Shown here: positions 1-9,840 of the stretch, piece by piece
How the letters are laid out: each line of letters opens with the position of its first letter
Numbering within the stretch: position 1 is the stretch's first letter
Source of the DNA: Candidatus Zixiibacteriota bacterium
GTDB taxonomy: Bacteria > RBG-13-66-14 > B26-G2 > WVWN01
Direction: 5' to 3'
Assembly (NCBI GenBank): GCA_050117845.1
Contig: JASFLY010000004.1
Coordinates: 134,511-198,510, forward strand
DNA length: 64,000 nt
Made by a program: the position numbers and the translations under genes
Notes under the pieces: generated by a model
What the model was told of the DNA's origin: nothing
What the model saw: only the letters and a program-made list of their open reading frames with translations
Databases searched by the model: none

Positions 1-1
1 C

Positions 2-1237
2 CTACAGGGCACGTATGAGACGTTCGCGGAGTGCGCCCGCCGGCACTTCGGCGGCTCGCTCGCGGGCAAGTGGGTCCTCACCGCCGGGATGGGCGGCATG
101 TCCGGCGCCCAGCCGCTCTCGGTCACGATGAACGAGGGCGTCATCATCGACGTGGAGGTGGACCCCGCGCGCATCGAGAAGCGCCTGACGCAGGGCTTCT
201 GCGACCGCATGACCTCCGGCCTGGACGAGGCACTCCGCTGGCGCGACGAGGCGCTCGCGGCCGGCGAGGCGCTGTCCGTCGGCCTGGTGGGCAACGCCGG
301 CGACGTCCACCCCGAACTCGTCCGCCGCGGCGAGATCCCCGACGCGCTCACCGACCAGACCTCCGCCCACGACATGCTGACGGGTTACGTGCCCCACGGC
401 ATGACGCTGGACGAGGCGCTCGCGCTGCGTAAAAAGGACCCGGCCGAGTACGAGCGCCGCGCCTTCGAGACCGTGGCGGTCCACGTCGAGGCCATGCTCG
501 CGATGCAGAAAGCGGGCGCCGTCACGTTCGACTACGGCAACAACATCCGCGCCCAGGCTAAGAAAGCGGGCGTAGAGGACGCGTTCGCGTTCCCCGGATT
601 CGTCCCGGCCTTCATCCGGCCCATGTTCTGCCGGGGCAAGGGGCCGTTCCGCTGGGCCGCGCTCTCCGGCGACCCGGCCGACATCGCCGCCACCGACGAG
701 GAGGTCCTGCGCCTCTTCCCCGAGGACGAGGGGCTGGCCCGGTGGATCCGCATGGCCCGGGAGAAGGTCCCGTTCCAGGGGTTGCCCAGCCGCATCTGCT
801 GGCTCGGCTACGGCGACCGCGCGAAGATGGGCCTGGCGATGAACGACCTCGTGAAATCGGGGAAGGCCTCGGCGCCGTTCGTCATAGGCCGGGACCACCT
901 CGACTCCGGCTCCGTGGCCTCGCCCTACCGCGAGACCGAGGGGATGCGCGACGGCTCGGACGCCATCGCCGACTGGCCCATCCTCAACGCCCTGCTCAAC
1001 ACCGCCTCGGGCGCGACGTGGGTCAGCGTGCACCACGGCGGCGGCGTCGGCATCGGCTACTCGCTGCATGCGGGCCAGGTCATCATCGCCGACGGGACCA
1101 ACGCGCAGGCGGCGCGCCTCGAGCGCGTCCTGACCAACGACCCCGGGACGGGAGTAATGCGCCACGCCGACGCGGCCTACGAGGACGCCGTCGAGTTCGC
1201 GCGGGAGAAAGACATAGACTTGCCGAGTCTGGATTAA
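2..1237 (+). CDS. hutU: Urocanate hydratase (5'-truncated at window edge)
   Basis: Frame is open from base 2 ([39 protein letters not shown]). Hallmark motifs [34 protein letters not shown] and [11 protein letters not shown]. Confidence 0.97.
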   Translation, partial: LQGTYETFAECARRHFGGSLAGKWVLTAGMGGMSGAQPLSVTMNEGVIIDVEVDPARIEKRLTQGFCDRMTSGLDEALRWRDEALAAGEALSVGLVGNAGDVHPELVRRGEIPDALTDQTSAHDMLTGYVPHGMTLDEALALRKKDPAEYERRAFETVAVHVEAMLAMQKAGAVTFDYGNNIRAQAKKAGVEDAFAFPGFVPAFIRPMFCRGKGPFRWAALSGDPADIAATDEEVLRLFPEDEGLARWIRMAREKVPFQGLPSRICWLGYGDRAKMGLAMNDLVKSGKASAPFVIGRDHLDSGSVASPYRETEGMRDGSDAIADWPILNALLNTASGATWVSVHHGGGVGIGYSLHAGQVIIADGTNAQAARLERVLTNDPGTGVMRHADAAYEDAVEFAREKDIDLPSLD

Positions 1238-1252
1238 AATTGCGTAACCGAA

Positions 1253-1275
1253 GCGGCGGGTTTTATACCCGCCGC
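1253..1275. terminator. Hairpin downstream of hutU
   Basis: gcggcggg-ttttata-cccgccgc inverted repeat just after the stop codon; no clear U-tract. Confidence 0.45.
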
Positions 1276-1365
1276 CCGGCCTGGATATACCCGGCCGCCC
1301 CGGGGGAGGAGGGGGAGAGAAGGGTATAGACGTGCCGAGCCTCTAACCCCGAACGAAAGGCGCTT

Positions 1366-2100
1366 ATGGCCGACGAGCAATTCGCCAACGTCTACGACGA
1401 CCACGTCCGGGCCGACGCGTACGACCGCCTCGAGTTCCCCGGGACCTACTACCTCGCGTTCCGGGACCTGCCCGCATTAATCGAAAAGTACGTCCAGGGC
1501 AGGAGGGCCCTGGACTTCGGCTGCGGGACGGGGCGCTCCACCCGCTTCCTGCGGGACCTCGGCTTCGACGCCGTGGGCGTGGACATCGCGGAGCCCATGC
1601 TCGCCCGGGCCCGGGAGCGCGACGCCGGCGGCGAGTATCTCCTCCTTCCCGACGGGGACCTCGGCGGCCTGCCCGACGGCGCCTTCGACCTGATACAGGC
1701 CGCGTTCACCTTCGACAACATCCCCACCATGGAGAGGAAGGTCTCGCTCTTCGCGGCGTTGGGCCGGCTGCTCGCGCCCGGCGGCTGCATCCTGAACGTC
1801 GTCTCGTCCCCCGAGATATACGTCCACGAGTGGGCGTCCTTCTCCACCAAGGATTTCCCGGAGAACCGGAACGCCGCGAGCGGCGACAAGGTCCTTATCG
1901 TGATGCTGGACGTGGATGACGGCCGGCCGGTCGAGGACATCATCTGGACGGACGAGGCGTACGCCGAGACGTACCGCCGCGCCGGCCTGGAGGCCGTCGA
2001 GGTCCTGAGGCCCCTGGCGGACGGAACCGAACCTTATGCGTGGGTGAGCGAGGCGGAAGTGGCTCCCTGGGTCGTCTACGTCTTAAAAGACTCGGGATAA
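1366..2100 (+). CDS. Class I SAM-dependent methyltransferase
   Basis: Motif I LDFGCGTG, GVDIAEPML, FDLI and LLAPGG post-motifs. Confidence 0.9.
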   Translation: MADEQFANVYDDHVRADAYDRLEFPGTYYLAFRDLPALIEKYVQGRRALDFGCGTGRSTRFLRDLGFDAVGVDIAEPMLARARERDAGGEYLLLPDGDLGGLPDGAFDLIQAAFTFDNIPTMERKVSLFAALGRLLAPGGCILNVVSSPEIYVHEWASFSTKDFPENRNAASGDKVLIVMLDVDDGRPVEDIIWTDEAYAETYRRAGLEAVEVLRPLADGTEPYAWVSEAEVAPWVVYVLKDSG

Positions 2101-2119
2101 TTGACGCCGGAGGATAGGG

Positions 2120-3250
2120 ATGAGCTTAATTAGAGTAATAGTAGCCTCCACGATAATCGCCGCCGGCGTTGCCGGGGCCGACTCGGGCGACCGGTTTTTC
2201 GTGCAACAGAATCTGGTGGAACGGGCGGCCGTCGACACCTTGCGCGGAACGGTGAATACGTGGCTCGATGACGCCGCCGGTTTCGAGAATCCCCACATTG
2301 CGATGGTCGCCGAAGAGGTCGTAATCGTCCTCCACGCCGACAAGGCCGAAGTGACGGCGACCTTCGATTTCGAGAATACGTCATCGGAACCGCGTGACGT
2401 CGACATGTGCTTCCCGTTGTCCTACGGGATGTTGGGCACCGACGGCTACGAGGGGCGCGACCCGGCGTTCACCGCCGCAGGGCGCTCCGCCAGCCTGGCC
2501 GTAACCGTCGACGGCGACGACGTTCCTTTCGCGTTGGAAGATACCGAAGGCATATGGTATTTCCCCGCGATCGCCGCCTGGCCTGTACGCTTCGACGGAG
2601 GCGAGAAGCGCCGGGTCGTCTGCCGATACGAGGACTATTATAACGGCGGCGGCGGGATGCACCTCGACCTCAGCGTTCTGTATATGCTGGCGACGGGCGC
2701 TACGTGGAAGGGGCCGATAGGCCGGGGCCGCGTGGTCGTGCGGCCGGACAGCGATTTCGATTGGTCCGCCCCGTTCTATTACCTCGCCGCGGGGGTGCCG
2801 CCGGCCCGCGACGACGGCGACGAGGTAGTGTGGGAGTTCGCGAACCTGGAACCGTCGTTCAAATGCGCCGTCAACGCCCCCGCCGAAGGACAGTACTACC
2901 CGTACGCGCGCCTGGACTTCGCCGGCATCCTCGTAGGCTGCATCAAACCCTCCACGATGGAACACGGCTACGGCGGCAGCAGCTACGACGTCCCCGAGGG
3001 CCCCGGGGCCCCGGCGGGGATTCTGGTGGACAACCTCAATTTCCGCGTTGCGCCGGACGCGGGGGCCGCGCACGTGGCGGGCAAGCCGACGCTCGCGAAG
3101 GACGAAGGCCTGCTGGCTTACGAGCGCCGCGGCGAGTGGTACCGCGTAAAAACCCACGGCGGCCACGAGGGCTGGGTGCGCTGGCGCTACGTCGACCCGG
3201 ATACCGGCGAGGAGAACATCTACGTCGAGTTGGCGCTGAACTGCGAATAA
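2120..3250 (+). CDS. Secreted protein, DUF4424-like N-terminal domain plus C-terminal SH3b-like domain
   Basis: Signal peptide; IAMVAEEV..VTATFDFEN..MCFP and YMLATGATWKGPIG segments; C-terminal NLNFRVAP...GEWYRVKT..GHEGWV typical of bacterial SH3. RBS ggag upstream. Confidence 0.6.
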   Translation: MSLIRVIVASTIIAAGVAGADSGDRFFVQQNLVERAAVDTLRGTVNTWLDDAAGFENPHIAMVAEEVVIVLHADKAEVTATFDFENTSSEPRDVDMCFPLSYGMLGTDGYEGRDPAFTAAGRSASLAVTVDGDDVPFALEDTEGIWYFPAIAAWPVRFDGGEKRRVVCRYEDYYNGGGGMHLDLSVLYMLATGATWKGPIGRGRVVVRPDSDFDWSAPFYYLAAGVPPARDDGDEVVWEFANLEPSFKCAVNAPAEGQYYPYARLDFAGILVGCIKPSTMEHGYGGSSYDVPEGPGAPAGILVDNLNFRVAPDAGAAHVAGKPTLAKDEGLLAYERRGEWYRVKTHGGHEGWVRWRYVDPDTGEENIYVELALNCE

Positions 3251-3281
3251 CCTGACGGCCCCGCCGCCCGGAGGAATCCCG

Positions 3282-3641
3282 ATGGAATATTCGATACACA
3301 CCGACGTGAAGTACGGGCCGCTGGAGGTCGTGGATGCCCGCGGCCTGGCGGCCTCGTGCGCCGAGAAGTGGTGGAACCAGACGCTGTGCCGTGTCAACGA
3401 CAGCGTCGCGCGCCTCGCCGTGGTCGAGGGCGAGTTCCACTGGCATATTCATGAACGCGAGGACGAGTTCTTCTTCGTGTTGGAGGGCAAGCTGTACGTC
3501 GACGTCGAAGAGAGGACCGTCGAACTCGAAGCGGGGCAGGGGGTCGTCGTGCCGAGGGGCGTGTCCCACCGGCCTCGCGCCCCAGGGCGCGCCGTCCTCC
3601 TCATGTTCGAGAACGAGGCCGTCGTGGCCACCGGCGACTGA
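3282..3641 (+). CDS. Cupin domain protein
   Basis: GEFHWHIHEREDEFFFVLEG and VVPRGVSHRP cupin metal motifs. Confidence 0.9.
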   Translation: MEYSIHTDVKYGPLEVVDARGLAASCAEKWWNQTLCRVNDSVARLAVVEGEFHWHIHEREDEFFFVLEGKLYVDVEERTVELEAGQGVVVPRGVSHRPRAPGRAVLLMFENEAVVATGD

Positions 3642-3655
3642 GTCCGGGTAATATT

Positions 3656-4060
3656 ATGAAACTACCTTCCGGGAAGACTATCCTAATCTACGCCGCCGTG
3701 CTCGGGTTCATGGCGGTGATGTTCGGCATTATCATCGGCGTCAGGAAAATCGTCGCCGCGGGGGCATTGACGACGCCGCCGGAACTCAAGCCGTGGGTCT
3801 ACGGCTGCGGCCTCGCGACGATGTGGGGAACCGTGGGCGTGTCCCAATTGGCCCGGCGGCTGGGGGTCTTCCAGGATGAGAGTAACCTCCGGCAAGCTAT
3901 GCGCGTTATCGTGAACCTCGCCGGGGTGGCGGCGGTGGCGGCGGGGTTTTTCACGGCGTTCTTCAACCTTCCCGGGGAAGGGAACGTAATGCTGCGGATG
4001 ACCCTTTTGATGGCGACGACGGCGAGCGGCGCGCTGACTTTCCGCCTGGCGGTGTTCTGA
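3656..4060 (+). CDS. Small membrane protein (about 4 TM), unknown function
   Basis: Four hydrophobic stretches; fills the gap between co-oriented genes. Confidence 0.65.
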   Translation: MKLPSGKTILIYAAVLGFMAVMFGIIIGVRKIVAAGALTTPPELKPWVYGCGLATMWGTVGVSQLARRLGVFQDESNLRQAMRVIVNLAGVAAVAAGFFTAFFNLPGEGNVMLRMTLLMATTASGALTFRLAVF

Positions 4061-4102
4061 GGGATAAATCCGGCAATAGGGTTTTATATAGGGAGAATCG
4101 GT

Positions 4103-4888
4103 ATGAGAATAAGGACGGTAATAAACGCTGCTATGGCGGCGGTGGTCGGACTAACGGCCGCGGCCGGGGCTCAGGACTGGCCCCCCAAACTCGTGGCGTC
4201 GTTCCCCGCGCCGCCGGACGCGATCGCCCTAGCCTGCCATTACGACCCGCTATACGCGCTCGTCGGAGGTACGGAGCCAACGGTATTCACGCTTAACCCT
4301 TGGGACGGTTCGGTAACCGGTAGTTTCCGGCTAGCCGTGCCTAACGGTGCGCGCGGCATCGCCGCGGCTGGCGCGTACCCGGTTGAAATATGGGTGAGTA
4401 ATCGCTTGAACCGGTTCCTTTACCGTTTAGATACCGCCGGTTCGGTACTTGGTTCGTTCCGGTGTCCCGCCGGGACGCCTTATGGCCTTGGAGGTTCTCG
4501 GTACGGGTTTGCGCCCGACCGCGGTTATCTTACTGTATCTTGCCGCAATGAAAACCACGTTATGCGGGTTGACTTCACCACGGGGTCACTGGTCTCAAGT
4601 TTCCCCGGGCCGGCGTCTGCGGTAATAGGTTACGACGATTGGATGGCCGTCGACCGTAATAGCGATTCCTTATATTGGAATTATAACGGGGATTGGGCAG
4701 TTCTCGATACGCTACCGGCGCGGCCCCGGGGTGTCACGACGAGCATTGAAGGGACGACCGATCAGGGGGGTATGGCAGTTACGACCTACGTGCTATGCCG
4801 TAACGGTTATATATTGCGGTATCACGGCTCTAAGTTCGACCCCGTGGACCCGGCCTCGCTCGGCCGCGTGAAGGCGCTTTTCAGGTAA
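4103..4888 (+). CDS. Secreted beta-propeller-like protein with C-terminal PASLGRVKALFR tag
   Basis: Signal peptide ending AGA; repeated GS-x3-SF units; C-terminal motif shared with 60267-61091 and 61318-62163. Confidence 0.75.
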   Translation: MRIRTVINAAMAAVVGLTAAAGAQDWPPKLVASFPAPPDAIALACHYDPLYALVGGTEPTVFTLNPWDGSVTGSFRLAVPNGARGIAAAGAYPVEIWVSNRLNRFLYRLDTAGSVLGSFRCPAGTPYGLGGSRYGFAPDRGYLTVSCRNENHVMRVDFTTGSLVSSFPGPASAVIGYDDWMAVDRNSDSLYWNYNGDWAVLDTLPARPRGVTTSIEGTTDQGGMAVTTYVLCRNGYILRYHGSKFDPVDPASLGRVKALFR

Positions 4889-4897
4889 CGCTTAAAT

Positions 4898-5353
4898 ATG
4901 GCGGACGAACCGAGATTGAACGAGAATTCGTCGCTGGCAGCTGTTGCGATAACGCTCGTCGGCGCGTCGGTGCTTTTGGCGGCGTCCTTCGGGACTCAGT
5001 TTTTCTTGGCGTACGAGGTTCCGTTATGGGAGGGCGCGGCGGCGCGTTTGCCCCGCGCGGCCAGGTATTTCGCGTGCGGCGGCGGCATCGTGACGCCGGT
5101 ACTGGTCGGCCTCGCGGCTCCGCCCGCCGGCCGTCTCGCCCGAAATATAGACGGCCGGTTCCTGCGGTGGCTGGCGAGTTTCGGCGTCGGCATGTCGGCG
5201 ATAACCGTGGCGGTGGGCGCCGGCCTCTTCGCGACGAAGTGCGTGACGATGAGCCTCGACCTCGTGGGCCTGTTGAACGCGGGCCTCTACTTCCTCGCGC
5301 TCGCCGCCATGCTCTTCGGCGGATGGGGCGGAATCCGGGCCATGTGGGGTTAA
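4898..5353 (+). CDS. Membrane protein (about 4 TM), unknown function
   Basis: Hydrophobic ORF starting 9 nt after the previous stop. Confidence 0.6.
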   Translation: MADEPRLNENSSLAAVAITLVGASVLLAASFGTQFFLAYEVPLWEGAAARLPRAARYFACGGGIVTPVLVGLAAPPAGRLARNIDGRFLRWLASFGVGMSAITVAVGAGLFATKCVTMSLDLVGLLNAGLYFLALAAMLFGGWGGIRAMWG

Positions 5354-5382
5354 GGGACGACGAACGAGAATGGAGACTTAAT

Positions 5383-6018
5383 ATGATGCAATATTCGTTA
5401 TTGCTGATCGCGGCCGCGGCCGCGCCGCTCGTACTCACGGCCTGCGCCGGCGCGGGCGATAAGAAACCGCCGGCGTCGTGCGACCCGATAATCGAGCCCT
5501 ACCTGGTCCCCGACGGCGCCGGCATCGAGGACGTGGAATACCTGGACACGCTCTCGACCGGCGAAGCGGAGGACGGCGCGCTCCTTATAAACGGCAAGGC
5601 CGCGTTCAAGTCGCGCGTCTGGGGCCACGAGCTGCTGCGCGCCCCGGTAACCGAGAAGGAATGCCTGTACTACTGGCTCGAGATAACCCACGAAACGCCC
5701 GAGGCCAACTACCACCTCCTCACCGACGTCAGCGACGCCAAGATATTCGTTTACGTCGGCAACGCGTACGTGGCGGTGGACCGGCCCAGGCGGGCGGAGG
5801 GGCGGCCCCCCGACTACGAGATGACCTTCAAATCGGGCAAGGAGCCGGGCACCTTCCCGGTGCCGTCGCACAGCTACCCCGAGGTCACGTACAAGCTATG
5901 GTACCTCGAGGCCGGCCGGGAGTACGACGTCCGCGTCATCCGGTACGGCTCGGCGTACGAGGCGCCGGAGACGGGCGAGATAATATACGAGGCGAGTTAC
6001 CATTTCTTTTTCGAGTAA
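5383..6018 (+). CDS. Putative lipoprotein, unknown function
   Basis: Start reassigned to ATG 5383 (ggag at 5372-5375); MMQYSLLLIAAAAAPLVLTAC lipobox. Confidence 0.7.
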   Translation: MMQYSLLLIAAAAAPLVLTACAGAGDKKPPASCDPIIEPYLVPDGAGIEDVEYLDTLSTGEAEDGALLINGKAAFKSRVWGHELLRAPVTEKECLYYWLEITHETPEANYHLLTDVSDAKIFVYVGNAYVAVDRPRRAEGRPPDYEMTFKSGKEPGTFPVPSHSYPEVTYKLWYLEAGREYDVRVIRYGSAYEAPETGEIIYEASYHFFFE

Positions 6019-6142
6019 GATTAAATGCGCGAAGCGGCCGGGTTGAGCCCGGCCGTGTTACGCGCGTATGAGTACGGGAAACGCTCCCGAAAAACGGCGG
6101 CCGTAAAGGCCGCCGCTTCGTTATTATTTAGGGGAGTAGAAA

Positions 6143-7195
6143 CTACTTCGTGCCGATGGTCATTACCCAGTCGTACTTGTCCTCGGCCTCTTTCAGCATT
6201 ATCGCGTTCAGCTTGTCGTACAATATCTGCGAGTACTTCCCGACGCCGCCGTCGCCGATGGTAATCTCCTTGCCGTCGACTTCCACCGAGCCGATGGGCG
6301 TAATGACCGCCGCGGTCCCGGCGCAGAAGCACTCGTCGGCGCCCTCCAGCTCCTCCAGCATTACGTCCCGGGCGACGGCGTTGAGGCCTTCGTCCTTGGC
6401 GAGCTGAAGCACGCTTTCACGGGTGTAGCCCTCGAGTATCGTCTTGTCTTCCAACGAGGGGGTGGCGAGCTCGTTCCCCTTGCGGAGGAAGAAGTTGGCC
6501 GCGCCCACCTCCTCGAAGTGCTTGTTGTCGGAATCGAGGTAGAGGATTTCGGAGTAACCGTCCGCCTTGGCCATGTGGCCCGGGTACATGCCGGCGGCGT
6601 AGTTCCCGGCGGCCTTGACGCAGCCGACACCCCCGTTGACGGCCCGGTGGAACTCCTTCGATACTTTGAGCCGGATGGGCTGGAACCCGTCCTTGAAATA
6701 GGGGCCGACTGGGCTGACGAAGACGAGGAAGAGGTATTCCTCCGCCGGCTTCACGCCCAGCACCGGCCCGGAGGCGAAACTCACGGGCCGGATGTACATT
6801 GAACCCTGCTCGTCGGTGGGGAGGTATTCCTTGTTCGCGAGTACCGTTTGCTTCACGGCCTCGACGAACTTGCCCTCCTCGTACGGCGGCATCATCAGGC
6901 GCCGGGATCCCTCGGCCATACGGTGCGCGTTGTCGCGCGGCCGGAATAGCACTATTTCGCCGGCGTCGTTCAGCCGGGCCTTCAGGCCCTCGAAGAGCGC
7001 CTGGCCGTAGTGGAACGCGCCCCCGGCGGGGTGCACCCAGAACTCGCCCATCGGGACGAGGCCGACGTCGTTCCAGACCCCGTTCTTGTAGTGGGCGACG
7101 TACATTTCCTTGGTGGGAATGAAGGCGAAGCCGAGATTGTCAAAATCGATCTCGGCTGGCGGCTTGGCCGGAATCGGTCTCGTTTCGAAGTCCAT
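6143..7195 (-). CDS. ilvE: Branched-chain amino acid aminotransferase (PLP fold IV)
   Basis: HYGQALFEGLKA, MYIRP, VKAAGNYA (PLP lysine), EEVGAANFF, ILEGYTRES, GTAAVITPI. Confidence 0.95.
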   Translation of the reverse strand: MDFETRPIPAKPPAEIDFDNLGFAFIPTKEMYVAHYKNGVWNDVGLVPMGEFWVHPAGGAFHYGQALFEGLKARLNDAGEIVLFRPRDNAHRMAEGSRRLMMPPYEEGKFVEAVKQTVLANKEYLPTDEQGSMYIRPVSFASGPVLGVKPAEEYLFLVFVSPVGPYFKDGFQPIRLKVSKEFHRAVNGGVGCVKAAGNYAAGMYPGHMAKADGYSEILYLDSDNKHFEEVGAANFFLRKGNELATPSLEDKTILEGYTRESVLQLAKDEGLNAVARDVMLEELEGADECFCAGTAAVITPIGSVEVDGKEITIGDGGVGKYSQILYDKLNAIMLKEAEDKYDWVMTIGTK

Positions 7196-7245
7196 ACAAT
7201 CCCTCGCTGTGGCTGTGAGTTAAAGAGCGTCCCGTTTATCTTATG

Positions 7246-7274
7246 AATATAACACGCGGGGCGGGGAAACCCAA
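7246..7274 (-). promoter_or_regulatory. Putative sigma70 promoter for ilvE
   Basis: Minus strand TTGGGT-N17-TATATT with TGn extension. Confidence 0.45.
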
Positions 7275-7344
7275 GCGAAATCCGGCGGCCGGGAAAATAG
7301 CGAGGGCGGCCGAAAGGCCGCCCATTCGCAGGAAGGAGGTTGTA

Positions 7345-8220
7345 CTACTGGACCTCAAACGGAAGGCTCCACCCATCCGCGTTGTAGTCGTCCTCGCTTT
7401 CGTTTTGCATGGTCCCGGCGTCGATGCCGCTGACGCCGCCGTGGCGTACACCGGGGTCGGCGGTTATGGTGTAGGTCCCGGTGTAGGTCCCGGCGCCGTC
7501 GTCGTCCATCAGGCCGCGCTTCCAGTCGTGATGGTCGAAACAGAAGGTCGCCGGTTCCCATTCCTCCCCGGACGTGTTGGTCGCCTTCATGGTAACGGTG
7601 ACCTCCTCGCCGTAGGTGACGTGGGGGAGTTCGTCGAGAGGTATGGGTTCGGTCATGTCGGTGAAGGTGCGGTCGTAGCCGCCGGCGGTAACGAGACGAA
7701 CGCTCGTGATGGCGACGGTCTGCCTACCGGCGTCGGCCAGGGCCCACACCGCCGGACTGATGGCCGTGAGCGCCCACGGGTCGTCCGTCGTGGCGCGTTC
7801 GAAGGTGGCGTAGCGGGTGCGCTCGATGGCCACCGGTTTGGACCCCGGGTCGAGGGTGCCGTTGGTCGTGCGATCGATGTACATCAGGCCCTGGATGTCG
7901 TCCTTCACGATAACGTCGGCCGTGGTGTAGGGCGCTTCGATGTGTATCCAGTAGTCCCGCTTCGCGTACGTAACCGTGCGCCACCACGCCACGGGCAACG
8001 TGGCCGCGGCGTCGCCGCCGAGGGCCGGCCGTTCGTAGCCGTCGCCGCCGGGCTTACCCCCGCCGTACGCCTCGCTGTCGTTGAAATAGGCGGCGTACTC
8101 CCCGTCGATAAGGCCGCGTACGTTCTCGTCGTCGCTGGGGCCGGTCGAACTGTTGCAGCCCAGCCACGCCGCGCATGCCAGCGCCGCGATACATATACCG
8201 AGTGCGATTCGTTGAGCCAT
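7345..8220 (-). CDS. Putative lipoprotein, unknown function
   Basis: Start at ATG 8220 with aaggagg upstream; MAQRIALGICIAALACAAWLGC lipobox followed by an NSSTGP linker. Confidence 0.75.
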   Translation of the reverse strand: MAQRIALGICIAALACAAWLGCNSSTGPSDDENVRGLIDGEYAAYFNDSEAYGGGKPGGDGYERPALGGDAAATLPVAWWRTVTYAKRDYWIHIEAPYTTADVIVKDDIQGLMYIDRTTNGTLDPGSKPVAIERTRYATFERATTDDPWALTAISPAVWALADAGRQTVAITSVRLVTAGGYDRTFTDMTEPIPLDELPHVTYGEEVTVTMKATNTSGEEWEPATFCFDHHDWKRGLMDDDGAGTYTGTYTITADPGVRHGGVSGIDAGTMQNESEDDYNADGWSLPFEVQ

Positions 8221-8380
8221 GGGTGCTTCCTCCTTATGTGCGGGGCCGCCCGTAGTCTCGTATATATGACGGCGCCCCATGCCCGGGGGTTTAATCGTTT
8301 ACCGTTTACCTTTATCCCCAATAGCACTTTAGCCGGCTACACGCCGGGTAATTTTTATTGATTATTCCGCGATTTTTCAC

Positions 8381-8409
8381 TTGACTCGGCACCCCCGCTG
8401 TGTTATAAA
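8381..8409 (+). promoter_or_regulatory. sigma70 promoter of tRNA-Thr
   Basis: TTGACT-N17-TATAAA with TGn extension, about 45 nt upstream of the tRNA. Confidence 0.75.
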
Positions 8410-8453
8410 CTAAACAAGTTTTACGGCGGCCCAGTGCTCCCTTAAAAAAGGTT

Positions 8454-8526
8454 GCCCACTTAGCTCAGTAGGTAGAGCACATGCATGGTAAGCATGAGGT
8501 CGCCAGTTCGATCCTGGCAGTGGGCT
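8454..8526 (+). tRNA. tRNA-Thr(GGT), CCA not encoded
   Basis: Cloverleaf: acceptor GCCCACT/AGTGGGC, D arm GCTC/GAGC, anticodon stem CATGC/GCATG with loop AT-GGT-AA, T arm GCCAG-TTCGATC-CTGGC. Confidence 0.97.
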
Positions 8527-8611
8527 AAGGCCTGTACATTAAATAGACCCCCCCCAATACCCGTGTCGGGCGTCCTTTTGGCCGCCCGGCACATTTAATT
8601 TTACCGTTGAG

Positions 8612-8636
8612 TAAGCCGCCCCGAAGGGGCGGCTTA
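8612..8636. terminator. Bidirectional terminator-like hairpin
   Basis: taagccgcccc-gaa-ggggcggctta between the convergent tRNA and TonB-like gene. Confidence 0.7.
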
Positions 8637-8656
8637 TTTTATCCTCCTTGCCGGCT

Positions 8657-9337
8657 TTATCTCCCGGCAGACACGAAAACAAAGGGATAGACCACCGTCG
8701 TTTCCCCTCCCGAGCGCTGGAACTTCCAGGTGCGGACGCGGGACAGCACGCCGGAGCGCAATTCGGCGTTGCCCACGGTGTCGTCCACGACCTCCGCCGC
8801 GGTGACGCGGCCGTCGGGGCCGATGGTGAAGCGCACGGATATCTTGCCGCCCGGAAGGTTGGGGTTCTTCTTGAGGGCGTTGGTATACTCATACTGAACA
8901 CCCGAGAGGCGTTTGTTGATCGTCCCGTAAATCTGGTCGGGCGTGAGGCCCTTTCCGGACGCGGGCCGGGGCGTCACCTCGCGGGGCTTTTCGGTGGTGG
9001 TTTTGGGCGGGGTGGGCAGCCGGGCCGGCTCGACGCGGGGCTTCGTCTCCACCTCGGGCTCCTCGAAGACGATGGCCTCCTCCTCGGCCGAGGCCGCGGT
9101 CTCGGCGGTCTCCGGTTCGGGGGGCGGCGGTGGCGGTTCGGGGACCTCGGCCGCCGTCTCGGCGACGGCGACGGTCTCGGCCTTCGGCTCCTCGTCCGGG
9201 CCGCCGGGGCAGCCGCGGCCGAAGACCAGAGCGCCGATGACGGCGCCCCCCACGAAGGCTATCACGTAGCCGAGCCACTTGAAGCGGCGTTCCTTGTAGG
9301 CGTAAGCTCCGTCGGAATCGTAGTCGTTGTCGTACAT
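8657..9337 (-). CDS. TonB-like protein (TM anchor, Pro/Glu-rich linker, TonB_C / AgmX-PglI-type C-terminal domain)
   Basis: One N-terminal TM, PEPPPPPPEP linker, C-terminal YTNALKKNPNLPGGKISVRFTIGPDGRV...WKF...VVYPFVF. Confidence 0.85.
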   Translation of the reverse strand: MYDNDYDSDGAYAYKERRFKWLGYVIAFVGGAVIGALVFGRGCPGGPDEEPKAETVAVAETAAEVPEPPPPPPEPETAETAASAEEEAIVFEEPEVETKPRVEPARLPTPPKTTTEKPREVTPRPASGKGLTPDQIYGTINKRLSGVQYEYTNALKKNPNLPGGKISVRFTIGPDGRVTAAEVVDDTVGNAELRSGVLSRVRTWKFQRSGGETTVVYPFVFVSAGR

Positions 9338-9370
9338 GCCGGCCCCTATCGGTGGTTGAGGTTTACGTAA

Positions 9371-9399
9371 ATTATAACGGCCGCCCCGCCGATATGCAA
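9371..9399 (-). promoter_or_regulatory. Putative sigma70 promoter for the TonB-like gene
   Basis: Minus strand TTGCAT-N17-TATAAT. Confidence 0.65.
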
Positions 9400-9448
9400 G
9401 GCGACCACAAAAAAAGCCGCCCGGGGGCGGCGGGGTTATTAGTTAAGG

Positions 9449-9840
9449 TTAAAAACCTCTTGCCCAGGTTAGTACGCGTTCTACGTCCTGAAATAACTCG
9501 TCCCCCGCCGGTTCTATATCGGGTTCTTCCAGCAACTCTACATAACGTCCTTCGACGGCGAAGCGCGTTAAAACCTCGGGAGGCGTACGCATATCCGGCG
9601 TATCGATCCCCGCCGTTCTGAGGTCGTCGTATAAAACCTCAACGTTATGGGTGCGCTTGAGGCGCAATCCTTTAATAACCATCACGGCCTTAATCGCCTT
9701 CTCTATCGCCTGTTGGGCGTGGAACCTATGATGGGTCCGAGTTGGGTGGCGTCGCCGCGCATGGCCAACATCGCGCCGTAACCCATCTCCGCCTTGGCAA
9801 GAAGGGCGGCCGCCATCTCACGCAGGTTTTCATCCGGCAT
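9449..9840 (-). pseudogene. HEPN domain protein with a 1-nt frameshift (pseudogene or sequencing error)
   Basis: ATG 9840 gives MPDENLREMAAALLAKAE...GPIIG and then stops early. The other frame continues FHAQQAIEKAIKAVMVIKGLRLKRTHNVE, the typical HEPN signature. Break at about 9723-9724. Confidence 0.85.

Noticed and set aside
2..1165. 387-aa minus-strand ORF
   Set aside because: Antisense shadow of hutU; long shadow ORFs are expected in high-GC DNA.
1280..1360. Purine-rich tract after hutU as a possible ncRNA or riboswitch
   Set aside because: No recognisable conserved structure or second copy found by eye.
5026..5382. N-terminal extension of the 330-aa ORF
   Set aside because: Overlaps 4898-5353 and is Arg/Pro-rich noise; the RBS and lipobox support a start at 5383.
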